DNA of 64,000 nt from Halobacteriovoraceae bacterium (lineage in GTDB: Bacteria > Bdellovibrionota > Bacteriovoracia > Bacteriovoracales > Bacteriovoracaceae), in assembly GCA_963719505.1 (NCBI GenBank), contig CAVRCF010000001.1:416001-480000 (forward strand), given 5' to 3'. Under the pieces are notes generated by a model that worked only from the letters and a program-made list of their open reading frames with translations, made no database searches and was not told the DNA's origin. Within the stretch, counting starts at the first letter, position 1, and each line of letters begins with the position of its first letter. Position numbers and translations under genes: made by a program. Positions 1 to 8,985 of this stretch are shown here, one piece after another.

Positions 1-417
1 GGAAAAACATATACTCCAATTTATTTCGATATAAGAGCTAGTTTAGATATTAATAGAAATAACTTCTCGTTAACTGTTTTAGGATTAGATTTACTAAATA
101 AAGACCGCTTTAATTATTTTACTGCAGATATAAATTATATGAGGTTATTAAATAGATATTTAAGTATTGGGCTTATATTATCACCAGTTTTTGAGGGTAA
201 TTATAAAATTGAAGAAACTTTAGGTATTTATGCAATGGTAAATATACATGAGAGACTTAAGTTAGAGTTGAAGTATACAGATTTAGTTTCATCCTTGAAT
301 AGCAATTTAGTTTTTAAACATTTTGATACTCAGTTGGGATGGGAGCGAGTTAGGGAAAGTACGTTTAGTGATTTACAAGTAAGTAATTTGTATTTAAAAC
401 TTCAACTAAAGTATTAA
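1..417 (+). CDS. 5'-truncated hypothetical protein, probable outer-membrane beta-barrel C-terminus
   Basis: Frame 1 is open from base 1 (GKTYTPIYFD...) to the stop at 417; alternating hydrophobic strands and terminal LYLKLQLKY. Confidence 0.5.
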   Translation, partial: GKTYTPIYFDIRASLDINRNNFSLTVLGLDLLNKDRFNYFTADINYMRLLNRYLSIGLILSPVFEGNYKIEETLGIYAMVNIHERLKLELKYTDLVSSLNSNLVFKHFDTQLGWERVRESTFSDLQVSNLYLKLQLKY

Positions 418-422
418 TTAGT

Positions 423-442
423 TGTACTCATCTGTGTACTCA
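423..442. repeat. Direct repeat TGTACTCA x2, possible integrase arm-type sites
   Basis: Copies at 423-430 and 435-442, about 140 bp upstream of the tRNA fragment. Confidence 0.4.
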
Positions 443-581
443 AATAAATGTCCTTTTAGAGTTAAGTTAATGTAATTGTTACGTCATACTTTTACCTCAA
501 GCAAACTAACTATTTTCAAACTTATGTATAAGTGTTTAAATTATAAAGGAAGAATAGAATTAAATCACTCTGAGCTAGTGT

Positions 582-639
582 TTGGAAAGCATGTAATGGG
601 GTAACTCCTTCGAGGGTTCGAATCCCTTGTTCTCCGCTA
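582..639 (+). pseudogene. 3' half of tRNA-Ser(GGA); att-site remnant
   Basis: TTGGAAA anticodon loop, GCATG, long variable arm, GAGGGTTCGAATCCC T-arm, GTTCTCCGCTA end. The 5' half (acceptor, D-arm, 5' anticodon stem) is absent. Confidence 0.8.
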
Positions 640-809
640 TATTTCCCTAACCTATTAATATCAAAACACTTATTACCTCTTTTAAATATATATTGGCAGA
701 GGATTATCGGAAAGTGACTAGTATCTATACATCTCTGTAATCTATTCAACCTGGCCTTAATGTAAATATTATCCACGTTAAAATATGAATCAATATTAAT
801 TTATAGATT

Positions 810-1721
810 GTGAGAATAAATATAAAGCTCTTAACCTGTGCCATTCTGTCTTTATTAAGCTTCTATGCTAATGCCCATGGAGACTATTTCAAGTCTACTA
901 GAACTGAGATAATTAGCTCGTCTGAAGAGCAACTTAAAGAGTTACGTAAATCATTAATAGAAATTAATCCAAGTGCAAATACTGAAATTTATGTGAAAAG
1001 AACGCTAAGTGGTAAATATAAATTAAAAGTAAGTGAGCTCGTTCCTCAGCCTTTTAAAGAAATACTTATGAGGTCACAGAGGAATGGTGAAGCAAACTGC
1101 TATAACGGAGCACTTGTCTTCAATAAAATAATTCCAGCTCTAAGGTTTTCCTCTCCTGTAGAGTTTGGATTCTATATGAACTCAAAACTTTGTCGAAAAC
1201 TGAACTTCGATGAAAAAAATATCACGGGAGATATTATAGAGTTTCTTGGAGGACATGCTTCAGTATATATAACGGATGATGTTTTGTTCAATAAGGTGAG
1301 TAATGATCGGACACCTTGGAAGTTTGAAAAAATGTCTAGAGCATGGAGAGAGTTTAAAGAGTATAAAAAATGTGAATCTTCAGATCAGAGTGACGTATGT
1401 GGAATGGTAGAAATCTACAGGTGTAGAGATTTGAAAAACCTTCAAGTTTTAAGCGCTGATTATAGTGAATTGGCTGACATTGATATGAAATTGAGTAAAG
1501 TTGAAAAGGCATACGAACTAAATACTTTAACAAGAGGAAGGACTAGACATTCTTTGCTGAGAGCGTGGAAGAGTGACATCCAATTAATAAAAGATGAACT
1601 AGACAATCTCAATGAGTTTAGTTGGAAAAATGAAAAGATAGAAAAACTTTTTTATTTTAATTCATTACATGAGAGATATAGAATGACTAGAAATGCACTC
1701 GATAACCATTTTGGTTTTTGA
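810..1721 (+). CDS. Secreted hypothetical protein, possible papain-like (NlpC/P60-type fold) Cys hydrolase
   Basis: Signal peptide ending ANA; NCYN ... GDII ... HASVY arrangement. Confidence 0.55.
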   Translation: MRINIKLLTCAILSLLSFYANAHGDYFKSTRTEIISSSEEQLKELRKSLIEINPSANTEIYVKRTLSGKYKLKVSELVPQPFKEILMRSQRNGEANCYNGALVFNKIIPALRFSSPVEFGFYMNSKLCRKLNFDEKNITGDIIEFLGGHASVYITDDVLFNKVSNDRTPWKFEKMSRAWREFKEYKKCESSDQSDVCGMVEIYRCRDLKNLQVLSADYSELADIDMKLSKVEKAYELNTLTRGRTRHSLLRAWKSDIQLIKDELDNLNEFSWKNEKIEKLFYFNSLHERYRMTRNALDNHFGF

Positions 1722-1727
1722 ATTTAA

Positions 1728-1746
1728 TGTGGCAAAATTGTGGCAA
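1728..1746. repeat. Direct repeat TGTGGCAA x2, possible integrase arm-type sites
   Basis: Copies at 1728-1735 and 1739-1746, about 150 bp upstream of the second att core. Confidence 0.4.
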
Positions 1747-1894
1747 CTAAAAATATAACTGTCACTTTTCCAAAAACTTAAATTAATATAGACAACAAAT
1801 AACCAATAGCTCAGAATAGTTTTTAGTTAATGTTAATAATGGTTTAGATCATTTTTGTGTTCTTTGAGTTAGCTTGCTCTTTGTTTGCTTCTTA

Positions 1895-1913
1895 AATCCC
1901 TTGTTCTCCGCCA
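1895..1913 (+). repeat. Second tRNA-Ser 3'-end att core AATCCCTTGTTCTCCGCCA
   Basis: Matches 621-639 at 18 of 19 positions and ends in CCA. Confidence 0.75.
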
Positions 1914-2133
1914 TTTTTTTCATGACGATTACTATATATTTTCAATGGGGAAAAAATCTCTGCCACTAAAGATTAATCAACTTAATATACATTAATTTAT
2001 CCTTAGATATCTTTCTTGGAATTCTCCGATGGTCCTTTATCATTAAATCATAACTTTATGGCAGTAATGAAAGAACATTAATACTCCTTGTTCGTGACCC
2101 CCTTTTGACGGCTACCTCTTAACGGAGGAAAAA

Positions 2134-2499
2134 ATGGAAAGAAAAAGAAGAAGATTTACCGAAGATCAAAAAATCCAAATTCTACAGGAACATCGTTCAA
2201 AAGGTGTTCCAATTTCAGTTTTAGCACGAGTCCATGATATAAATGCAGTAACTTTATACCAATGGAAAAGAGCTATGAAAGACAAACCTGATACTAATAT
2301 CGATGTTGCTGACCTTTTGAAACAAATTGATCAACTTAAAAAAGACAAAGATAAACTACTCAAGAAAGTTGGTGAATCTACCCTCAGAGAAGAGGTCGCT
2401 CAGGATATCATCGATTTTTATAAAAAAAAGATCTTGGAACAGGAGTTGATCGAGCAAAAGAATTCATCAAACTCAAAAAGAAAGGATCAAAAAAAATGA
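2134..2499 (+). CDS. IS3 transposase OrfA (HTH)
   Basis: RRRFTEDQKIQIL...VLARVHDI...LYQWKR HTH followed by a coiled coil. Confidence 0.9.
   Translation: MERKRRRFTEDQKIQILQEHRSKGVPISVLARVHDINAVTLYQWKRAMKDKPDTNIDVADLLKQIDQLKKDKDKLLKKVGESTLREEVAQDIIDFYKKKILEQELIEQKNSSNSKRKDQKK
2424..2430 (+). other. -1 ribosomal frameshift slippery site A AAA AAG
   Basis: In the OrfA frame; the -1 frame is open from here into OrfB. Confidence 0.8.
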
Positions 2500-3299
2500 T
2501 CTGTGAAATGTTTGGAGTCCACTCAAAATCAATTTATAAAACGACTAGCTCAAAGAAATTTTACTTTAAAGCTGAAGATGGAGAAATACTAAGCCAGATT
2601 AGGTCAATTGTTTCCTTACGACCAACTTATGGTTATAAACGAGTTACGGCCATGGTCAATCGTCTTCGACTTACTCTGGGGCATCCAAGGCTTAATAAGA
2701 AGCGTATCTACAGGATCATGAGAGTGAATGGACTTCTTCTTCCAAAGTCTGCTGTGACGAGAACTCACACTCCAACTGGCAAAGTAATGACTCTGCATTC
2801 AAATACAAGGTGGTGCAGTGATTGTTTTGAGATTAAGTGCTTTAACGGAGAAAAAGTTTTTGTTTCTTTTGTTTTAGATACATGTGACAGAGAGGTTCTC
2901 TCATTTGTAGCTTCAAAATCACCACTGCTTGCGACTGATATTGAGAGTCTGATGCTGAAAGCAGTTAAATACAGGTTTAAAGATTACAAAACTTTGAGAA
3001 CGATAGAATTTTTATCGGATAGAGGAAGTATTTATCGAGCCCATTCTGTTAAGAATTTGGCGAACCATCTTGGTTTAAAAAGCTGTTATACAGCTGCCTA
3101 TAGCCCAGAATCAAATGGAATGAGTGAAGCTTTTGTGAAAACGATCAAGCGAGACTATGTCTACAACAGCGACTGTTACAGTGCGGATGTAGTGCTGAAG
3201 ATGATCAAGGGTTGGATGAAAGATTATAATGAAATAGCACCTCATTCAGGGCTTGGCATGTTGAGCCCGAAAGAGTATTTATTAGAAAATCAAAGGTAG
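2496..3299 (+). CDS. IS3 transposase OrfB (DDE integrase core)
   Basis: YGYKRV, RWCSDCFEIKC, LDTCDRE, SDRGS, SPESNGMSEAF, PHSGLG (IS2 InsD-like). Confidence 0.92.
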   Translation: MICEMFGVHSKSIYKTTSSKKFYFKAEDGEILSQIRSIVSLRPTYGYKRVTAMVNRLRLTLGHPRLNKKRIYRIMRVNGLLLPKSAVTRTHTPTGKVMTLHSNTRWCSDCFEIKCFNGEKVFVSFVLDTCDREVLSFVASKSPLLATDIESLMLKAVKYRFKDYKTLRTIEFLSDRGSIYRAHSVKNLANHLGLKSCYTAAYSPESNGMSEAFVKTIKRDYVYNSDCYSADVVLKMIKGWMKDYNEIAPHSGLGMLSPKEYLLENQR

Positions 3300-3389
3300 C
3301 CTAAAACGGGGTCCAATCCATCCTTAATCTGATTTTGATGAATTGTAATGATTTCAATATAGATTACTATAATTAAAACAGGAGGTTTT

Positions 3390-4283
3390 ATGAAAAAATT
3401 AATAGTCGTCGCGGCTATCTTAACAAGCAATGCCTTGTTGGCTAAATCAGAAGTTAGGGATTTAATGTACTTCCCAGAAAAAGGTACTTTGAATGGTCAA
3501 ACATCTATTGATGTTACTGATTCTGAGTTTGAATTAGTTGATGAAAAGACTGAAACTAAAACTTTCGAAATTACCCAACAGCTCAGTTATGTAGTCTCTA
3601 AGGGATTATCGCTTGGTGTTCAGTTGCAAAAAGAAGAGAGTGAGACAGAACAAAATGGTGATGAGTTCGAAAGAGAAGGCTATGAGAATCCAACTTTCGT
3701 TTTACAGAAAAGAATCAATTGGCAAGATGAGGATGGAAGCAACCTTGATATTGGACTACAATTTTCACCGGATATGAATGATAGAGAAGACTCTTCGGAA
3801 ACAAAAAAGGGTAATGTTGCTGCCGGAGGCCCTTCAACAGGATTTTATATTAAGTACGGAAAGAAAGTTGAAGATACAGAGTTCTCTCTTTCAGCGAGTG
3901 CATTTTTCTTTGGAAAAGCTACAGAAGAGGATGCAACGGGAAGTGGCGAGTCAGAATCTGAAGCGACTCAGTCACTTCAACTTGAATATACATGGCAAAG
4001 AAACCTTAACGATAAATTTAGTTTTAACTTTGGTGGAATTTACGTCTACTACGGTGATAGTGAGTCTCAAGATTCGTCTGGAAGTAAAACAGAAATTGAA
4101 GGGTACGGTTTGATAGGTCTTTTTGGGACATTAAAGGCGAATGTAACTCAAGATTTTGTTGTTTCTGTAAGCTATGGTTCAACCTTAGATGCAGATACTG
4201 ATGCTAAAGTTGGCGGTACTGAGTACGAGCTTGAGAACCTTTCACAAAGCTCACTAAGTCTTGCTGCTACTTACGAATTCTAA
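3390..4283 (+). CDS. Outer-membrane beta-barrel protein
   Basis: GGAGG RBS, signal peptide, amphipathic strands, C-terminal LAATYEF. Confidence 0.7.
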   Translation: MKKLIVVAAILTSNALLAKSEVRDLMYFPEKGTLNGQTSIDVTDSEFELVDEKTETKTFEITQQLSYVVSKGLSLGVQLQKEESETEQNGDEFEREGYENPTFVLQKRINWQDEDGSNLDIGLQFSPDMNDREDSSETKKGNVAAGGPSTGFYIKYGKKVEDTEFSLSASAFFFGKATEEDATGSGESESEATQSLQLEYTWQRNLNDKFSFNFGGIYVYYGDSESQDSSGSKTEIEGYGLIGLFGTLKANVTQDFVVSVSYGSTLDADTDAKVGGTEYELENLSQSSLSLAATYEF

Positions 4284-4290
4284 ATTTTTT

Positions 4291-4327
4291 TCATCCCAGG
4301 TTCAATGCCTGGGATGAGCCCCTTTTT
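4291..4327 (+). terminator. Hairpin, probable terminator
   Basis: 10-bp stem TCATCCCAGG/CCTGGGATGA just after the stop; the T-run follows after a few bases. Confidence 0.5.
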
Positions 4328-4342
4328 GGCACCCCTCTTGCT
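4327..4342 (+). promoter_or_regulatory. Sigma54 (-24/-12) promoter
   Basis: TGGCAC-CCCTC-TTGCT with exact GG-N10-GC spacing, upstream of the 4438 CDS. Confidence 0.65.
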
Positions 4343-4437
4343 ACTAATCTAAGTATAACCATTTAAAACTAATGTAATTTAAACAACTTAGATTAACTCA
4401 AATGTGTTTATTTATTAGACACCTGTTAGGAGAGAGA

Positions 4438-5715
4438 ATGAAAAAGAGAGCCCTATTTATTATCCCAATGACATTTATGCTTTTTTCATGTGAGCAAATG
4501 GAAGCCCAACAAAAAGATTCAAAAGCCAAGGTGACTTCAATAAGAAGTGCCAGTGAGTCTGATATAGAGTACTCACAAAAACTTACTCGAGTTGGAGAGA
4601 TATTAATTAATAATCCAGTCGGATTTCTTCATGCCAATGAACTTTTTGAAAAAGCATTAAAGCTAGATAGTAATAATGATAAAGCTCTTTTTTATAGTGC
4701 CTTTACTGGTATCTATGAAACTCTCAGAGGTGTTGGAGAAAGGGCAAAACCTATGTACGACTCCCCTAGTGAATATGAGGAAGGAGTTAAATCCTTAACT
4801 GACTATTACAAATATCCAGAGTTTAAAGACTTCATCCTTGGAAAGAAAAATGGTGCTCTGATTAAGAGTTATCAAGATGCTAAAAGATTCGCTCAAGTCG
4901 AAATCGACGGTGCTTTTGAAGCAGCTATTTCAAAGCTTGAAAAAATTGATAAAAGTGTTGATATCGTTATAACAAACCTAAAAACTGAAAATACTGCTAC
5001 TGAGACAAATTGTGTGACAGAAGAAGATGAGAATGGAACTTATGTTTCCTGTGATCTACTAGAGACGACAGATTCAACTTCAGCAATGCCAGCTTTAACA
5101 AGAACTGTTGATGTCGTCGATACTAAGATTATTGCAAGTGGAATAAAAGCTTACAGTGTTTATTTGAAGCTTCTAACCGCTTATAGTGTTGAAGGATCAA
5201 AAAACTTAGCTAATGAAATTAAAGTAAAAGAAGCTGACCTGAATCGATCACTTACTGATGAAGAAAATCACACCATTGTAAAAAGATATTCAGACTTTTT
5301 AAGGCTTGAAAAAGATCATAAAATGGATCAAATTGTTAAGAATTTAGAATCAATGGTTGAGGTTGGAATGGATCTTGATACTCTAAACAATCAGTTTTGT
5401 AATAATGACGAGAGATCAAATAACCTCATAAAAACAATCTGTATTGGTGAAGAAGAAAGAAACTCAATGAAAGAGGCGATGTCTTATTTATCTGGTCCAA
5501 AAGAAATTACTTTAGGATTAGATGCTCAAGGGAACGAAGTCAAAATCATTATGGATCTGCCAACTTACCTTGGAAATCCTCTTCAGGATTTGAAGTCACT
5601 TTTAACGGGAACATACGATGAGAATGGAAATTCTACTCTAACTTCTGAGCCTGAACTCAATGGCCTATTTCCTAATAGAGATCTACTAGAAAAAACGGGT
5701 CAACTTGCTAACTAA
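4438..5715 (+). CDS. Hypothetical lipoprotein with TPR-like N-terminal region
   Basis: RBS AGGAGA then ATG 4438; MKKR...LFSC lipobox; FEKALKLDSNNDKALFY TPR-like segment. Confidence 0.65.
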   Translation: MKKRALFIIPMTFMLFSCEQMEAQQKDSKAKVTSIRSASESDIEYSQKLTRVGEILINNPVGFLHANELFEKALKLDSNNDKALFYSAFTGIYETLRGVGERAKPMYDSPSEYEEGVKSLTDYYKYPEFKDFILGKKNGALIKSYQDAKRFAQVEIDGAFEAAISKLEKIDKSVDIVITNLKTENTATETNCVTEEDENGTYVSCDLLETTDSTSAMPALTRTVDVVDTKIIASGIKAYSVYLKLLTAYSVEGSKNLANEIKVKEADLNRSLTDEENHTIVKRYSDFLRLEKDHKMDQIVKNLESMVEVGMDLDTLNNQFCNNDERSNNLIKTICIGEEERNSMKEAMSYLSGPKEITLGLDAQGNEVKIIMDLPTYLGNPLQDLKSLLTGTYDENGNSTLTSEPELNGLFPNRDLLEKTGQLAN

Positions 5716-6148
5716 TCTTTCAAAATATATTTTAATTATCGGAGCTCTATGTTGGGGCTCCGTCTCTTTTGCCTCTTGTGACTTTAAGGTGAATAACTCA
5801 ACTTATTATTTTCAAGGGAGTTCAAAATATAAAGTTAGTATGAAAATTGACAAGGCATGTTCAAAAAACAGTGTTTATAAAAGAGAGTTAACTGGCGTTT
5901 CAATGAAGTTATATTTCGAGGATACGCTCGTTGATGAACTTTATTTCAGAGATGGTCTTTGGCAGCCAGAAGAAAACTTTTTCAGACTAAAAAATGGGTT
6001 AGGCAAAAATACAAACTGCTTCGATAAAACAAAATCTTTAAATATAGATCTAAAAAACGGAACGATTAATTCCCTGTCGGGAAATTATCTTAACTTGGCA
6101 TCTGGAATGAGCGTCAACGGTAGGTGTAAGGAACTGAGCAATACCTAG
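5705..6148 (+). CDS. Secreted hypothetical protein
   Basis: Overlaps the upstream stop; signal peptide ending SFA; several Cys. Confidence 0.5.
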   Translation: MLTNLSKYILIIGALCWGSVSFASCDFKVNNSTYYFQGSSKYKVSMKIDKACSKNSVYKRELTGVSMKLYFEDTLVDELYFRDGLWQPEENFFRLKNGLGKNTNCFDKTKSLNIDLKNGTINSLSGNYLNLASGMSVNGRCKELSNT

Positions 6149-6183
6149 TTTGCTATAGCGCGCAAACACTAATATTGTTTAAC

Positions 6184-6212
6184 TTTACATATTACTTCTT
6201 CACGAATAGTAT
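6184..6212 (+). promoter_or_regulatory. Sigma70 promoter of SRP RNA
   Basis: TTTACA-17 bp-TAGTAT. Confidence 0.65.
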
Positions 6213-6217
6213 CGTTG

Positions 6218-6307
6218 GCGGTAGTGCCACGATTGAATCACGAGTTAATCCGCCAGGTCGGGAACGAAGCAACGGGACTGGTTGTTTCTTTGTGTGGTGC
6301 TGCCACT
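6218..6307 (+). ncRNA. ffs: Signal recognition particle 4.5S RNA
   Basis: Domain IV CCGCCAGGTCGGGAACGAAGCAACGG; terminal stem GGTAGTGCCAC/GTGGTGCTGCC; usual position upstream of dnaX. Confidence 0.9.
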
Positions 6308-6433
6308 TATTATTTCAAATACATACCTAATATCTCCTTACATTTCCCTATTTGATTGATCCATGTCCAGTTGCGAATTGACTAATTGGCAGGCCCCATA
6401 TATTTTGCGCTAACAATTGAGAGAGTTTAATAT

Positions 6434-8077
6434 ATGACATACCAAGTATTAGCCCGAAAGTGGCGTCCGAAGCAGTTTGACGACGTTATTGGACAGGAAC
6501 ATGTAACAAAAACATTGAGAAACTCTGTTCTAAAAAAACAGATTGGACACGCATATCTTTTGACGGGAACTCGTGGTGTGGGAAAGACAACCATAGCGAG
6601 AATTTTTGCAAAAGCGATTCGTTGCGAAAATTTATCCTCTACTGGTAATCCTTGTTTAAAATGTTCATCATGTCTTTCGATTGATGATGGAAACTCCCTT
6701 GATTATATTGAAATCGACGGTGCCTCAAATACAGGTGTCGATAATATAAGAGACCTCATCGACAATGCTCAGTATCTTCCAACCAACGGAGATCATAAAG
6801 TTTACGTCATTGATGAGGTTCATATGCTTTCAGTAAATGCTTTTAATGCATTATTGAAAACATTAGAAGAGCCACCAGAGCACGTGGTTTTTATATTTGC
6901 CACGACAGACCCCCACAAACTTCTTGGTACAGTTCTTTCTAGAGTTCAGCGATTTGACTTTAAAAGTGTAAGTATCCCTACTCTTGTTAGTCATGTTGAA
7001 ATGATTGCAAAAGCTGAAGAGATAGAATTTGCCTCTCAAGATCTTATTAAAGAATTGGCAAAGCATGGGAAAGGATCTGTAAGAGATACACTCTCTCTTG
7101 TGGATCAAATAATGAGTCTATCTGTTGATAAGAAGATCACTGAGGATGTTTTACTCATGTCTTTGGGGTTGGCAAATACTCAGTCCCTAAGTCTTCTTCT
7201 TGGAGGTTTATTTAAGGGGAATAAGAGCGAGTGTGTAAAAGCTTTTGAGAGTGTTTTAAGCGAAAATATTGACCTTGAAAAATTTGTCCTTCAGGTTTTA
7301 GATAGTTTATTTGAAATGATTGAGAGTCTTGACTCAAAAAATAATATTACGACAACAGTTGTTGACAAAAAAATGATTGAAGACTTGTCCGCGGCAGAAC
7401 TTCTTTGGATGTATGAAGTCTTGGCCAAAGATTTTGAGTGGGCCATGAAATCGTTGGATCCAGAAAAAGCAATATCATTTGTTCTTATAAAGGTGGCTTT
7501 GCGTGAGCAAATAATCAACCCAGTTCCAAGAGCCGTTCATCAGGAAACTCAAGAGTTTGCACAATTCGAAGTTTCACAAGAGGTCGAATCACTTGTCGAA
7601 GAGGTTGAGGAAGTCGTTGAGGTTGAGGCACCAGCAGCAAAAATAGTGGAAGAAAAAACATGGGAAAACTTTCTTAGTTTTTCTATGACTCAATACAAAG
7701 CCATTGGAAGTAATCTCGAAAGAGGTAACCTACTCAACCCAATAGATCTTAATACCAAAACTCTTTTAGTTGACCTAGGAATAGTAGAGGCGAACAATAT
7801 ATTTAACGAATATTTGAGCTCATCTGAAAACAAAGAAAAAATTATATCAATGCTAAAAGAATTCTTCGAAAAAGAAGAGGTAACTTTTAGAATCACAATG
7901 TTAAACGCTGAAGAAAAAGAGAAGAAAAACTTCTCTAGTGTTGCTGAAATCGATGAGAAAAAAATTGCAGATGCACTTGAAGCAAAACGTGAAAAGATTA
8001 AAAATAACGAATATATACTCAAAGCCCAAGAGCTCTTTAATCGCTCGATAGATAAAATAATCGTAAATAAGGAATAA
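6434..8077 (+). CDS. dnaX: DNA polymerase III gamma/tau
   Basis: YQVLARKWRP, GTRGVGKTT, Zn cysteines, IDEVHML, LLKTLEEPP. Confidence 0.97.
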   Translation: MTYQVLARKWRPKQFDDVIGQEHVTKTLRNSVLKKQIGHAYLLTGTRGVGKTTIARIFAKAIRCENLSSTGNPCLKCSSCLSIDDGNSLDYIEIDGASNTGVDNIRDLIDNAQYLPTNGDHKVYVIDEVHMLSVNAFNALLKTLEEPPEHVVFIFATTDPHKLLGTVLSRVQRFDFKSVSIPTLVSHVEMIAKAEEIEFASQDLIKELAKHGKGSVRDTLSLVDQIMSLSVDKKITEDVLLMSLGLANTQSLSLLLGGLFKGNKSECVKAFESVLSENIDLEKFVLQVLDSLFEMIESLDSKNNITTTVVDKKMIEDLSAAELLWMYEVLAKDFEWAMKSLDPEKAISFVLIKVALREQIINPVPRAVHQETQEFAQFEVSQEVESLVEEVEEVVEVEAPAAKIVEEKTWENFLSFSMTQYKAIGSNLERGNLLNPIDLNTKTLLVDLGIVEANNIFNEYLSSSENKEKIISMLKEFFEKEEVTFRITMLNAEEKEKKNFSSVAEIDEKKIADALEAKREKIKNNEYILKAQELFNRSIDKIIVNKE

Positions 8078-8079
8078 CT

Positions 8080-8391
8080 ATGGCAAACATGAATCAAATG
8101 ATGAAGCAGGCACAGCAGATGCAAGCAAAAATGGCGACACTTCAAAAAGAACTTGATGCGAGACAGTTCGATGCATCTTCGGGTGGTGGAATGGTTAAGG
8201 TTGTCGTCAATGGAAAGCAAGAACTTATCAATATAGAAATAAATAAAGAATGCGTTGATCCAGATGATGTTGAAATGCTTCAGGATCTCGTTAAAACGGC
8301 AGTTAACCAAGCAATGTCCACTTCTCAAGAGTCTGTTAATAAGGCGATGAGTAAGGTTACTGGTGGACTATCAATCCCAGGACTTTTTTAA
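8080..8391 (+). CDS. ybaB: YbaB/EbfC nucleoid-associated protein
   Basis: MKQAQQMQ, SGGGMVKV, DVEMLQDLV; dnaX-ybaB-recR synteny. Confidence 0.95.
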   Translation: MANMNQMMKQAQQMQAKMATLQKELDARQFDASSGGGMVKVVVNGKQELINIEINKECVDPDDVEMLQDLVKTAVNQAMSTSQESVNKAMSKVTGGLSIPGLF

Positions 8392-8394
8392 TTT

Positions 8395-8985
8395 ATGCAG
8401 TTACCAAGCAATATCCAAAATTCAGTAACAGGATTTTCAAGGCTTCCCGGTGTTGGGGAGAAAACAGCTTTGAGACAAGTTATGGCAATGACCAAATGGA
8501 ATGCGGATGAAATTATTGAGTTTTCAAAATCAATTCAATCCTTAACGTCTCTTCGTTTTTGTGATGAGTGTGGGATGTTCTGTGAAGAAAACCTATGTGA
8601 GGTTTGCTTGAGAGAACACAGAAAAGAGATGGGAACCATTTGTGTCATAGAAAATGTAAGTGATCTTATGGCCATAGAAAAAAGTAATACCTTCAGTGGG
8701 CTTTATCATATTTTGGGTGGGGTGCTAAATCCCCTCGCAGGAATTGGCCCTGATCAATTAAAAATAAATAAATTAATAGAGCGAGTGAAAAATCTCAATA
8801 TTAAAACTTTAGTTCTCGCTATTAACCCATCAGTTGAGGGCGACGCGACCTGTGCTTATCTTAATCAGCTGCTTCCTGATGTTATCGTTGAAAGGATTGG
8901 GTTTGGCATTCCTATCGGTGGAAGCTTAGAGTTCTTAGACCCCCTAACGATATCTAAGGCCCTAGAAAACAGGAAACTTTTATAA
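8395..8985 (+). CDS. recR: Recombination mediator RecR
   Basis: LPGVGEKTA HhH, C4 zinc finger, Toprim (YHILGG, EGDAT). Confidence 0.96.
   Translation: MQLPSNIQNSVTGFSRLPGVGEKTALRQVMAMTKWNADEIIEFSKSIQSLTSLRFCDECGMFCEENLCEVCLREHRKEMGTICVIENVSDLMAIEKSNTFSGLYHILGGVLNPLAGIGPDQLKINKLIERVKNLNIKTLVLAINPSVEGDATCAYLNQLLPDVIVERIGFGIPIGGSLEFLDPLTISKALENRKLL

Larger units (their letters stand above)
2089..3320 (+). mobile_element. IS3-family (IS2 group) insertion sequence, 1232 bp
   Basis: TG...CA ends; imperfect IRs (TGTTCGTGACCCCCTTTTGACGGCTACCT and revcomp TGGATTGGACCCCGTTTTAGGCTACCT); 4-bp TSD TCCT at 2085-2088 and 3321-3324. Confidence 0.92.

Noticed and set aside
560-639. Functional tRNA-Ser gene
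   Set aside because: No 5' acceptor strand or D-arm, and the end reads GCTA rather than GCCA.
522-776. 84-aa minus-strand ORF
   Set aside because: Antisense reading of the tRNA fragment (GEQGIRTLEG); a typical spurious call.
6434-8077. dnaX programmed frameshift producing gamma
   Set aside because: A-runs exist but I found no in-frame A AAA AAG with SD and hairpin stimulators.
7690-8328. 212-aa antisense ORF and the many other short overlapping ORFs in the track
   Set aside because: Shadows of well-supported genes; no RBS or motifs.
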